Notes: generated by a model from the sequence alone, not told the origin. A stretch of 64,000 nucleotides of DNA from Candidatus Poribacteria bacterium (GCA_963665845.2 OY762492.1:3685672-3749671), one strand, 5' to 3'; positions 40,450-49,711 are shown, numbered from the stretch's first letter. Program-made: numbers and translations.

Positions 40450-41621
40450 TCGACACTCAACGCCCGAAATCAGGCAGAGCGCAGTTCATTGGACTCTCCA
40501 CCGCGCACGGGGTCATTGACTCCTATGCGCTGTCCATACCGTATTTGCTGCCGATACTGGTCGACCGCGTCGCTCCGTTCGATCAGCGCGAGCTGTATGC
40601 CGGGCTGCTTGTCGCGGCGGCGGGCGCGTTCAACTCCATTGGACAGGTCGGCTTTGCCTGGATCGCCGACCGCGTCCGCAGCGTCTCGTTTATGTGGACA
40701 GGGCTGGCGGGCGCGGCGGTCGGCATCTCGCTTGTCGGGCTGGCGCCGAACCTGTTGACAATGATCGCGCTGCTGCTGGTTGGAGGCCTTGGGATCGCGG
40801 CGTTTCATCCGCCCTCGGCGATGGCGGCAAATCGGCTGTCCATTGAGGCGAAGGGCGTCGGCATGTCCATCTTTATCTGCGGGGGAAATCTTGGACAGGC
40901 GGCGGGTCCGCTCTTGTTGATGATCGCGTATGAACGCTGGGCGAACGCCGTCTTTCTGCCGGCGATGATTCCTGGGTTGCTCATGGCGGGCGCGGTAGGC
41001 GCGCTGTTTTACCATGACGCGAAAACCGAGAAAAAGCCGACGCCGGTCAAGGGCGACCCTGTCTTCAACAAACCGCTCATCCTCCTGTGGGCGATTGTGA
41101 CGCTGCGAACCTTGACGACGATCGGATTTCTCAACTTTCTGTCGATACATCTGAAAGACGAGGGGATGACCGACGCGGCGCGGTCGTTGATCTTGTCGGG
41201 CTATCTGCTGTTCGGCTCGGTCGGGATGCTGCTTGGCGGCTACGCGTCGGACAAGTTTTCGCGCAACAACGTTCTGATTGCGTCGCTGCTGCTGCCGGCG
41301 CCGCTTTTTCTGGGGGCGCTCGCGTTGGAAGGGCCGCTGTTCTTGACGACGCTTTTTGCCGGCAACTTCCTGCTTCAGTTGACGACGCCTGTCTACATCG
41401 TCATTGGACAAGAGACGACAGCGCAGCCGACAAATGTCGCCACCAGCATGGTCATGGGAGGGGCATGGGGAGCCGCCGCGGTTTTGAACCTGCCGGCGGG
41501 CGCGGTCGCCAATCAGATTGGCATTGTCCCGATGCTGTCGGGGCTGGCGTTTCTTCCGCTGGCGTGCCTTGGGCTGCTGGCGTTTCTTCCGTCTCGGTTG
41601 AGACATCCAGAGTCGGCTTAA
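40350..41621 (+). CDS. MFS transporter (Fsr-like)
   Basis: 12 predicted TM helices. The TM1 motif GLSTAHGVIDSYALSIPYLLPIL resembles Fsr-type LNDxxQ…LLP. The only in-frame ATG/GTG/TTG start upstream of TM1 is 40350, which gives a 100-nt overlap with the VWA gene. Confidence 0.7.
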   Translation: MVQRLARRLYGDLPRHGQRREQQRPAAHHGLPIIDTQRPKSGRAQFIGLSTAHGVIDSYALSIPYLLPILVDRVAPFDQRELYAGLLVAAAGAFNSIGQVGFAWIADRVRSVSFMWTGLAGAAVGISLVGLAPNLLTMIALLLVGGLGIAAFHPPSAMAANRLSIEAKGVGMSIFICGGNLGQAAGPLLLMIAYERWANAVFLPAMIPGLLMAGAVGALFYHDAKTEKKPTPVKGDPVFNKPLILLWAIVTLRTLTTIGFLNFLSIHLKDEGMTDAARSLILSGYLLFGSVGMLLGGYASDKFSRNNVLIASLLLPAPLFLGALALEGPLFLTTLFAGNFLLQLTTPVYIVIGQETTAQPTNVATSMVMGGAWGAAAVLNLPAGAVANQIGIVPMLSGLAFLPLACLGLLAFLPSRLRHPESA

Positions 41622-42613
41622 GGAGCCTCTTCCTCCGCTGTCTTTTCCTCTGGCTGATATGTCCAAAACAGCAGCTTTCCGTCCGCCGAGGCGCTCGCGA
41701 GCGTCTTGCCGTCCGCCGAAAAGTCTGTCCATTTGACCCAGTCCTCATGCGCCTCCAGCGTCTCTTGCCGCTCTCCCGTTTGGACATCCCATACGATGAG
41801 CGTTTGGTCGCTGCTGGCGGTGGCGAGCGTCTTGCCGTCCGCCGAAAATGCGACCGATTCGACGCGGTCTTCATGCGCTTCCAGCTCCACGTTCTCGCCC
41901 GTTTGGACATTCCATAAGAGCGCCGTATCGTCGCTGCTGCCGGTGGCGAGCGTTTTGCCGTCCGGCGAAAAGACGGCAGCCAGTACCGCTTTTGAATGGC
42001 CTTCTAGTACGCGCGTTTGTCCAAGAGAGAGATCCCGCAGCCGAACGGTGAGGTCCCAACTGCCGGCGGCGAGCGTCTTGCCGTCCGGCGAAAAGGCTGC
42101 CGCGAGCGCAAAGCCGCGGTGTTTCAAGACCGTTTCCTGATACTGTCCAGTCGCCGCGTCCCAGAGGCGGACGGAGCCGTCCATGCTGCCGGTGGCGAGC
42201 GTCTTGCCGTCCGGCGAGTAGGCGACGGCGCGGACATTCCCGGTATGTCCAATCAGAACGGCGTTCAAGCCGCCCGTTTCAAGATTGATGACGCGCGCCT
42301 GCCGGTCGAATCCGCCGAAAGCGGCGCTTTTTCCGTCTGGAGAGAATGCGGCGCAGTTCGCCCCGCCTGCTCGTCCAAGCGGGAGTTCGGCGTCCCCGCC
42401 CGTAGAAAAGAGAAACGAACGGACATCTTCAGGACCGACGACGAGGATGATCTTCCGGTCTGGAGAGAGCGCTCCGCCCATCAGCCCTTCTTTGTCCAAT
42501 CCAGAGTCGATCTGTTTGGACGCTGTCCAATTCGCCGGCGCCGAGACTACAGCGGCAAGCCATAACCCAACAAACGCCGCCGTCCATGCCCGCCATTGCA
42601 TCCGATGTTTCAT
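41618..42613 (-). CDS. secreted WD40-repeat protein (7 blades)
   Basis: The ATG at 42613 follows AAGGAAGG. Signal MKHRMQWRAWTAAFVGLWLAAVVSAPA. Repeats of FSPDGKTLA.GS.D.T..LW. Confidence 0.85.
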   Translation of the reverse strand: MKHRMQWRAWTAAFVGLWLAAVVSAPANWTASKQIDSGLDKEGLMGGALSPDRKIILVVGPEDVRSFLFSTGGDAELPLGRAGGANCAAFSPDGKSAAFGGFDRQARVINLETGGLNAVLIGHTGNVRAVAYSPDGKTLATGSMDGSVRLWDAATGQYQETVLKHRGFALAAAFSPDGKTLAAGSWDLTVRLRDLSLGQTRVLEGHSKAVLAAVFSPDGKTLATGSSDDTALLWNVQTGENVELEAHEDRVESVAFSADGKTLATASSDQTLIVWDVQTGERQETLEAHEDWVKWTDFSADGKTLASASADGKLLFWTYQPEEKTAEEEAP

Positions 42614-43989
42614 TGATTCAACCTTCCTTTTGCGCGCAGCCATTCCAAACCTGTATCCAATGTGTCGAACGCTCCGTCCAATTGCGCCTCATACGCCTCT
42701 TTTAGCAGATGTCCAATCTTCGGCCCCGGCTCCATGTCCAATTCCTGCATCGCGTGTCGGCCGAGGAGGATCGGCTTCGGCTGCGAATCGAGCGCGTTCA
42801 GTTCCGCGGCGCGTTTTTTGAGCCATGCGAGTTCCGTTTGCCCTGTTTTGGGGAGGGGCGGGCGTCCGTTCATGTCGGCGGCGCAGACGCGCAGCAGTCG
42901 GTCTAAACGACCCGCCCGGCGCGAAAGGCGGCGGACCGCCGCGTCGCTCACGCCCGGAGCCAACTGCGCGGGAACCATATGCCAGCGCGTCAACGCCGCC
43001 GCCTCTTCCGCCAAACCTTTCTGATTGGACAGCCTCTGGACAAAACGGCGCGTCAATTCTTCCCCTTGGACATCATGCCCAGGCGAACGCCACCTGCCCC
43101 GCTCAAAAACGGTTGAGGCGGGCTTTCCAAAGTCATGGCACAGGACGCCCAGCCCGACAACCAGATCTTCCCGCTCATGTCCAATGCGCTCTTTGGCGAA
43201 GGCGTCCATACAGTGCAGTGTATGCGTCCAAACATCCCCCTCTGGATGCCATTCAGGGTCTTGCGGGGTGTCGATGAGCGCCTCCAGCTCTGGAAAATAG
43301 CGCGTCCAGTCAACCTTGCGCAAAAAGTCCAGCCCCATGGAGGGCAGATCGCCCAGCAGCAGCAGCTTTTTCCATTCGTCAAAAATCCGCTCCTTCGCTA
43401 ACCCTTCCATCGTCATGGATCGGCACAGCTGAACGGTTGACGGGTCGGCGTTCAAGCGGAACCGCGCCGCAAACTGCGCCCCCCGTAGAACGCGCAGCGG
43501 ATCTTCAGCAAACCGACTGGACACATGGCGCAGAATGCGGCGGTCAAGGTCGCCGCGCCCTCCGAACGGGTCTAGCGTCTCGCCCGTCAACAGGTCGAAC
43601 CCCATCGCGTTCATGGTGAAGTCGCGCCGGCTTGCCGCCTCCTCAAAAGAGAGCGTCGGGTCGGCGGTTGCCGTGAAGCCTTTATGTCCAAGTCCAGACT
43701 TGGACTCGCGGCGCGGGACCGACACATCCAGCGGCAGCCCCCTGATTTTGACGACGCAGAACGCCTCGCCGACCAGATCAACCGAGAAGCGCGTTTTGAG
43801 CAGCTGTATGAGACAGCGCGGGTCCACGCCGAACGCCTCCATGTCGGCGTCTTTAGCGGCGCGCCCCAGATGCGCGTCCCGAACGCACCCGCCCACCAGC
43901 AAAGCGCGTCCGCCCGCCTCATGAACCGCGCGCGCTGTCCATTCCGCCGCCTCCGCGGCTTGGTTGTCCTGCAGCTTCACCCGCTGCAT
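42610..43989 (-). CDS. cca: CCA-adding tRNA nucleotidyltransferase with HD domain
   Basis: LLVGGCVRDAHLGRAAKDADMEAFG (GGxVRD…DxD), RRDFTMNAM, and an HD region LCHDFGKP. Confidence 0.85.
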   Translation of the reverse strand: MQRVKLQDNQAAEAAEWTARAVHEAGGRALLVGGCVRDAHLGRAAKDADMEAFGVDPRCLIQLLKTRFSVDLVGEAFCVVKIRGLPLDVSVPRRESKSGLGHKGFTATADPTLSFEEAASRRDFTMNAMGFDLLTGETLDPFGGRGDLDRRILRHVSSRFAEDPLRVLRGAQFAARFRLNADPSTVQLCRSMTMEGLAKERIFDEWKKLLLLGDLPSMGLDFLRKVDWTRYFPELEALIDTPQDPEWHPEGDVWTHTLHCMDAFAKERIGHEREDLVVGLGVLCHDFGKPASTVFERGRWRSPGHDVQGEELTRRFVQRLSNQKGLAEEAAALTRWHMVPAQLAPGVSDAAVRRLSRRAGRLDRLLRVCAADMNGRPPLPKTGQTELAWLKKRAAELNALDSQPKPILLGRHAMQELDMEPGPKIGHLLKEAYEAQLDGAFDTLDTGLEWLRAKGRLNQ

Positions 43990-44068
43990 CGGCTCCTCCG
44001 CTCATTTGGCGCCAACCGCCGTTGATGTTCTATTATACCGATTGAGGCGCTGATCTTCAACTTCCTTC

Positions 44069-44222
44069 TGACCTTACGTCTTTAGTTGGGGCATCCGCCT
44101 GGCGAACGCGGACGGTTTCTGCGGCGCCTCTAGATTCCCGCCCCTGCGGTAAAACGCGCGGGAATGACGGCATGGATCGGCGGTCAGTCGCGCAAAACGT
44201 CATCGCATGAGCGTACTGCCAA
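44069..44222 (+). repeat. intact reference copy of the composite repeat (75-nt module + hairpin + GACGGCATGGATCGG…CATCGCATGAGCGTACTGCC module)
   Basis: Used to define the IS insertion point at 11754/13297. Confidence 0.9.
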
Positions 44223-44306
44223 CTCAAAGGAAGCAGTCCAAAAAAATGCAAAATAGCGGTAAAATATCCCATCCCCGATCATCATATCAGGGAAAGGGAG
44301 GCGTGT

Positions 44307-46217
44307 ATGCCAAACGGACGCGATCGGTTCCTATTCGACGAGGCGGCGCTCGCTCAAATCGAGAACATACGCCGCATCGGGCTGCGCAGGCTGCGCAACA
44401 AGAACGAGATCGACGATTTTGTTCAAGAAACGCTGCTGCGCGCGTTCTCAAAACGGAGCCAACTGCGCGACGAGGCAAAGTTTGAGGCATGGATCGCCGC
44501 CATCGCCCGCAATCTCGCGCGTGAATGGAACCGCGCCTACTACCGCAGAAAACGCGCCGAGGCGGACAGCGCGGCAGAAGCGGTCGACTCCAGAAACCCG
44601 CAGGACGCCCTTGAAAAGGCGGAGGAGCGGGAGCTTCTGAAACAGGCGGTGGCGCGCCTGAACGAGAGCGACCGCGAGATTCTGCGCGCCCGCTATGTGG
44701 ACGACGCGTCTTACGCCGAGCTGCAGGAGCGTTACGGCTTGTCCTATTCGGCGGTCGGGCTGCGCCTTCACCGCGCAAAAAAACGGCTGCGCAAGATCTA
44801 CCTGTCGATAGCCGCCGCGCTCTCCCTTTTCTTTGGAAGTTTCAAACATACGGCATGGGGAGGGGTGTTACTCATGAAAAAAACTGCAGCGATCGCTGTC
44901 GCGTCCGGCATTCTTGTTGGCGCTCTAGGCGCTGGTTTCTTTTGCAGGGGAGACGGAGGCGCCTTTTGGACGCAGAAAGAAGGCGGCGCCGCTTTGGAGA
45001 ACTCTGACAAAACCGCATCGGCAGATTCAACCTTGACAGCGCAAACGACCGACAATCAAGAAGCTCTGAACGGGTCAAGCTCTTCAGAGTCGTCCGATTC
45101 AAAGCCTGAACATTCAGAAAGGAACCGTGAAATGTCTGACCATGATACGCCTGCCGAAGAAGGCGGCGCAGAAGACGAAATCGACCCGCGCATTGACCAT
45201 TACTGGACAGCGCCCGACGGACACCGCTATGCGGTGCTTCGGCCAGAGCCGCTTGTCCCTGATGAAAGCGATCCAGAGATCTACCGCGCGTTTTGGGCGG
45301 ACGCGGCAGAAGAGCTGAAAGATTACGAGCTGACATGGGACAAAAGCCGCGACCATTCCTCCGCGCTGGAAACGCTTCGCGCTCTCGCCGAGAAGCATGG
45401 AAACGGCGACGCCGACTGGACAGAATTTCTTTACCTTGAGTCATCGGAACATCTGGGCATGGCGCACGATCGAGGTCTTGATCCGTACGTGACTCAGCTT
45501 GAATTGAAAAGCAAGCTTGTGGGGTTGGACAGCAGAGAATCGGCGCAGCTAACGCATTATCATCTTCAAGAAAAGTACAACGGCGAGGATGCCGAGGCCG
45601 CCTATAATATGCGGAAACCAATATCTGATCTCTTTAACTGGATGGAAAAAACAATTCCTTCCGAAAAAGAGTCGTTTGTTGAAACGTACCGCAGCGCCTG
45701 GGAAGAGCTTCGAGTGGAGCGGAAGTTCCCCTATGCGATTTCCGAATCGCTTACTCATGAGAACTACCCGACCGTTGAGGAGCGGGTCAATGTCGCATAC
45801 ACCGCCTTCTTCGAGGCGCTCTCACAATTGCCGAGCGATTCGAGAGTTTTCACGGAATACTTTAACGAGTCTTTCGTTCCGCCCGCGCCCGACGCTGCCG
45901 CCCCGTCTACGCCAAAGACGGCAGAGGCGCCAGCCCCGGCGGAGGCGCCGCCCCATCCAACGCGGCATGAAAAGGAAACTCCTGATAAGCAAACGCTGCC
46001 TTCTTCGCCGGACGCCCCGCCCCCGTCCGTTTCGCCTGAAGAGGTTGCGGCGTTTGAGGCGGCTGTCCGTGATTCCATCCGGCGCCACGGACATCAAGAG
46101 GGTCTGCGCCGTTTGATCGCGTCCAATCCAGAATGGGTGGAGCGGATCATGCGGCTGCAGGAGGCGCGGAGGCAAGGAGAAACGCCGCCGCCCCCTTCAG
46201 AAGAATCGCAGCCGTAA
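44307..46217 (+). CDS. ECF-type sigma-70 factor reading in frame into a membrane-anchored protein with ~440-aa unknown C-terminal region
   Basis: Region 2 is FVQETLLRAFSKRSQLRDEAKFEAWIAAIARN. Region 4 is ESDREILRARYVDDASYAELQERYGLSYSAVGLRLHRAKKRLRK. Hydrophobic segments follow. An internal GGGGAGGGG-N8-ATG lies at 44873 (MKKTAAIAVASGILVGALGAGFF). Confidence 0.75.
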   Translation: MPNGRDRFLFDEAALAQIENIRRIGLRRLRNKNEIDDFVQETLLRAFSKRSQLRDEAKFEAWIAAIARNLAREWNRAYYRRKRAEADSAAEAVDSRNPQDALEKAEERELLKQAVARLNESDREILRARYVDDASYAELQERYGLSYSAVGLRLHRAKKRLRKIYLSIAAALSLFFGSFKHTAWGGVLLMKKTAAIAVASGILVGALGAGFFCRGDGGAFWTQKEGGAALENSDKTASADSTLTAQTTDNQEALNGSSSSESSDSKPEHSERNREMSDHDTPAEEGGAEDEIDPRIDHYWTAPDGHRYAVLRPEPLVPDESDPEIYRAFWADAAEELKDYELTWDKSRDHSSALETLRALAEKHGNGDADWTEFLYLESSEHLGMAHDRGLDPYVTQLELKSKLVGLDSRESAQLTHYHLQEKYNGEDAEAAYNMRKPISDLFNWMEKTIPSEKESFVETYRSAWEELRVERKFPYAISESLTHENYPTVEERVNVAYTAFFEALSQLPSDSRVFTEYFNESFVPPAPDAAAPSTPKTAEAPAPAEAPPHPTRHEKETPDKQTLPSSPDAPPPSVSPEEVAAFEAAVRDSIRRHGHQEGLRRLIASNPEWVERIMRLQEARRQGETPPPPSEESQP

Positions 46218-46308
46218 GCATTTGCGCAGCGGATGAATGGACGGTATGCTCAACGATAAGCGGCGTTGAGCGCATGGAATAAAACCGCCGCCCACGATCC
46301 GGCATTGC

Positions 46309-46337
46309 TTGACGCCGTTCGACAGCGGCGCTAACAT
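46309..46337 (+). promoter_or_regulatory. sigma70-like promoter candidate TTGACG-N17-TAACAT
   Basis: Counted by eye, 37 nt upstream of the ATG at 46374. Confidence 0.35.
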
Positions 46338-46373
46338 GGTTGGACGCGAAAGAGTGTCTCGGAAGGAAAAGCG

Positions 46374-47184
46374 ATGAAAAAATCGACAAAGGCTTACGTT
46401 CCTGACGCCGATGAGCCGCTTGCGTACCGCCTCTTTTGGCAGGAGGTCAGGGAGCGGCTGACCGGGGAGGAGACGCAAGGCGACCCCGAAGGCGCCAAGG
46501 AAACGCTGCGCGCCATCGCCGAAAAGCATGCGGACGGCAACGCGGACGCGGAAACCTACTTTTTTCTGGATGCCGAGTGGATGGTGAAGGAAAAGTCCCG
46601 CCGCTTTATTTCAAGCGATAAATATCGACTGTGGCTTGAAGCAAAGAAAAACCTATACGGTTTGGACAAGTGGGAAAACGCCGATCTGGTCGACATCTAT
46701 TTGTCAGACCAGTATGCCGAGCGACACGGAAAAGATCGAACTCTATACAAAGCCGCTGGACGACTGGATCCGTTGGATACGAGAAAACGCCCCTTCCGAA
46801 TGGGATGTCGTTTGGGAGGCGTACGAGGACAATCAGTGGAAGTTCCTGAACGCGGAGCCTGGGGCGGTGGACGGTCCATCCCATCTCACCCATGATAATT
46901 TTCCAACGGTTGAACAGCGGGCGCGCGCCTACTATGCCGCTTTCTTTGAGGCGGCTGCGCTGCTGCCGGACGACGCCGCTGCGTTCACGGTTTATTTCGG
47001 CTCCGCTTCGCCTCCTCCAGACGAAGATGCCGCCGTTGAAGCCGCATTTGAGCAGGCGGTACAAGATTCGATACGGTCGCACGGTCCTGAAGAAGGGCTG
47101 CGCCGCTTGATCATGTCAGATATGGACTGGATCGAACGGATTGGACGTTTGCAAGAGCGCCGGCAAAGCGCGCCTCCGGACTGA
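46374..47184 (+). pseudogene. frameshifted paralog of the C-terminal domain of 44307-46217
   Basis: ORF 46374-46895 aligns to residues ~310-440 of the sigma-fusion protein. ORF 46636-47184, in the +1 frame, aligns to the rest (THDNFPTVEQR / THENYPTVEER; VQDSIRSHGPEEGLRRLI / VRDSIRRHGHQEGLRRLI). The frames switch near 46722. Confidence 0.7.
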
Positions 47185-47223
47185 AACTGCAAGAGGAGTG
47201 GCGATCCTCTGCAGAAAGAATCC

Positions 47224-47413
47224 TGACCTTACGCCTTTTAGTTGGGACATTCTGCTTGGCGAATGCGGACGTCTTCTGTGGCGCCTCTGGATTCCCGCTT
47301 ACGCGGGAATGACGGCCTGGCCGGCGCCGCATCCGATTCCCCCCTTGAAAAGGGGGGCTAGGGGGGTTTAAAGAGCGGGCGCGGCGGCTGCGATGCCTTA
47401 AGATTCCCGCTTG
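47224..47413 (+). repeat. composite repeat (75-nt module, hairpin, G/C hairpin, truncated hairpin) bracketed by a 12-nt direct repeat
   Basis: GCAGAAAGAATC occurs at 47211-47222 and 47415-47426. Confidence 0.85.
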
Positions 47414-47429
47414 CGCAGAAAGAATCTCC

Positions 47430-47458
47430 TTGACTTTGATCCAAGCCCGGGTTACGAT
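47430..47458 (+). promoter_or_regulatory. sigma70-like promoter candidate TTGACT-N17-TACGAT upstream of rplM
   Basis: Counted by eye. Confidence 0.4.
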
Positions 47459-47532
47459 AATTCTTGCCGTTAAGAACGCGGCGGACGAACACTTAGAAAC
47501 GGGCATTCTCGATGTTGAACGATCGTTTTGCG

Positions 47533-47988
47533 ATGAAGGACGGAACGCACAGAAGAGAGCGGAGCTACGTCAGCCCGCCCCAAGAGGAGCGTCAATGGGC
47601 GGTCGTGGACGCGTCCAATCAGATACTTGGGCGGCTCGCCTCGCAGGTGGCGGCGATGATACGCGGCAAGCATAAGCCCAATTTCACCCCGCATATCGAC
47701 ACGGGCGACAATGTGATTGTGATCAACGCCGCGCATATCCGCGTCACGGGGCGCCGCCTTGACCAAAAAATTTACTACCGCCATACGGGCTATATCGGCG
47801 GTCTCAAAAGCGAAAAGCTGCGCGATTTGATGGAGCGGGACCCCGCGGAGGTTGTCCGCCGCGCCGTGAACGGAATGCTGCCGCATACGCGGTTGGGGCG
47901 CGTTTTGCGAAAGCGGCTGCGCGTCTATAGCGGTCCTGACCATCCGCATGAAGCGCAAAAGCCGACCGAAGTAAAACTGCATTATTGA
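47533..47988 (+). CDS. rplM: 50S ribosomal protein L13
   Basis: [45 protein letters not shown]…[12 protein letters not shown]…GMLP. Alternative ATG at 47512. Confidence 0.92.
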   Translation: MKDGTHRRERSYVSPPQEERQWAVVDASNQILGRLASQVAAMIRGKHKPNFTPHIDTGDNVIVINAAHIRVTGRRLDQKIYYRHTGYIGGLKSEKLRDLMERDPAEVVRRAVNGMLPHTRLGRVLRKRLRVYSGPDHPHEAQKPTEVKLHY

Positions 47989-48015
47989 TCGAAGCTGACG
48001 AAGAAGGAGCCGAGC

Positions 48016-48405
48016 ATGGCTGATTATGTTTGGGGAACGGGGAGACGGAAAACGTCGGTCGCCCGCGTCCGCATCGCGCCGTCCGGGAGCGGTCAATTTA
48101 CGGTGAACGGGCGCGAGCTGGATGTCTATTTCAACCGAGCCGCCCACAGCGCTGTCGCCAGAGAGCCGATTCAAGCCGTCGAAACGGAAGGCATGGATGT
48201 GTTTGTGAATGTCAAAGGCGGCGGACAAACGGGGCAGGCGGGCGCCATACGGCACGGCTTGTCGCGCGCCCTTGTGAAACACAACGAGTCGTTTAGACCG
48301 GCGCTCAAGCAGCGCGGTTTTTTGACGCGCGACGCCCGCATGGTTGAACGTAAAAAGCCGGGGCAGCCAGGGGCGCGCAAGCGGTTCCAATTCTCAAAAC
48401 GTTAA
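48016..48405 (+). CDS. rpsI: 30S ribosomal protein S9
   Basis: [14 protein letters not shown]…[19 protein letters not shown]…[23 protein letters not shown]. Confidence 0.95.
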   Translation: MADYVWGTGRRKTSVARVRIAPSGSGQFTVNGRELDVYFNRAAHSAVAREPIQAVETEGMDVFVNVKGGGQTGQAGAIRHGLSRALVKHNESFRPALKQRGFLTRDARMVERKKPGQPGARKRFQFSKR

Positions 48406-48445
48406 GTCAAGCCGAATCTCCGCTGAAAGGTCGGGAGGAAGCAGC

Positions 48446-49711
48446 ATGTTACTCAAAGGCAACACGTTTGTGGCGGGCAGCCAGTGGGGCGATGAAAGCA
48501 AGGGCAAAATCGCCGACTGCCTCGCCGCCGAAGCCGACATCGTCGCGCGCGCGCAGGGCGGACCGAACGCCGGACATACGGTCTGGATCGGCAAGGACAA
48601 GTATGTGTTCCATCTGCTTCCCTGCGGCATTCTCCATGACCATTGCGTCAACATCGTCGGCAACGGCGCTGTCATCGGCGTCGAAGGGATCATCCATGAG
48701 ATCAAGAGCCTGAAGGAACGGGGCTGGCGCGTTGACGGACAGAACCTGCTCATCAGCGACCGGGCGCATCTGATCCTGCCCCGCCATCTCGCCGCCGACA
48801 ACGCCAACGAAGATTCTGAAGGCAACAAGCTCGGCACGACGCGCCGCGGCGTCGGTCCGGCGTATTCCGACAAAGCCGCCCGAATCTTCGCCATTCGCAT
48901 GGGCGACCTGATGGAGTTTGACCTGTTCCGTGAAAAATACGCGCGCGTTTGCGCCGTGTCAGGCATATCCGAAGAGCAGATGAACGCAGAGCTAAACGCA
49001 TACGCCGACTATGCCGAGTTTCTGCGCCCGCATGTAACGGACACAACCGCCGTTCTTCATGAGGCGCTGGACGCGGGCAAGCGCATCGTTTTTGAAGGCG
49101 CGCAAGGGGCTTTGCTGGACATCGACTTCGGCACCTACCCGTATGTAACCTCCTCCAGCACGACAGCGGGGGGCGTTTGCGCCGGTCTCGGAATTCCGCC
49201 CAGCGCGGTTCAAGAAACGCTCGCGGTCGTCAAAGCGTATACGACGCGGGTCGGCCTCGGCCCATTTCCCAGCGAGATGGACGACGCGTTCGGCGCGAAG
49301 GTGCGCGAGGCGGGCGACGAATACGGCGCCACCACCGGACGCCCGCGCCGCTGCGGATGGCTCGACATGGTCGGCTTGCGCTACTCAAGCCGCATCAACG
49401 GGTTCACGCAGCTGGCGGTCTCTAAAATGGATGTGCTGGACGGGCTTGAAACGCTGCGCATCTGCGTCGGCTATCGGCGCAGCGGCGAGGCGGTCAACCG
49501 CTTCCCCGCGCAACTTTCGGTTTTAGAAGAATGCGAACCTGTTTATGAAGAGATGCCCGGCTGGTCGGAGGACACCTCCGTCGTCCGGGAGTATGATCAG
49601 TTGCCGGCAAACGCGCGCGCCTACCTGGAGCGGATTGAGGCGCTTTTGGACACGCCCATAACATTCGTCTCGGTCGGCAAGGAACGTTCGGCGACGATGA
49701 CGCGCATATGA
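48446..49711 (+). CDS. purA: adenylosuccinate synthetase
   Basis: GSQWGDESKGKIAD, GGPNAGHTV, TTRRGVGPAY and GATTGRPRRCGWLD. The ATG at 48446 follows GGGAGGA. Confidence 0.95.
   Translation: MLLKGNTFVAGSQWGDESKGKIADCLAAEADIVARAQGGPNAGHTVWIGKDKYVFHLLPCGILHDHCVNIVGNGAVIGVEGIIHEIKSLKERGWRVDGQNLLISDRAHLILPRHLAADNANEDSEGNKLGTTRRGVGPAYSDKAARIFAIRMGDLMEFDLFREKYARVCAVSGISEEQMNAELNAYADYAEFLRPHVTDTTAVLHEALDAGKRIVFEGAQGALLDIDFGTYPYVTSSSTTAGGVCAGLGIPPSAVQETLAVVKAYTTRVGLGPFPSEMDDAFGAKVREAGDEYGATTGRPRRCGWLDMVGLRYSSRINGFTQLAVSKMDVLDGLETLRICVGYRRSGEAVNRFPAQLSVLEECEPVYEEMPGWSEDTSVVREYDQLPANARAYLERIEALLDTPITFVSVGKERSATMTRI

Noticed and set aside
40470-41732. 420-aa minus-strand ORF opposite the MFS transporter.
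   Set aside because: It is very Arg- and Gln-rich by eye and antisense to a 12-TM transporter, so it is a shadow ORF.
48344-48445. The 34-codon N-terminal extension of purA overlapping rpsI, and similar upstream extensions of track ORFs at 21865-23259, 24922-25902, 37785-38879, 15175-17154 and 20373-21980.
   Set aside because: In each case an internal ATG preceded by a Shine-Dalgarno sequence starts the conserved family N-terminus or signal peptide. The extension overlaps a neighbouring gene or a repeat region.
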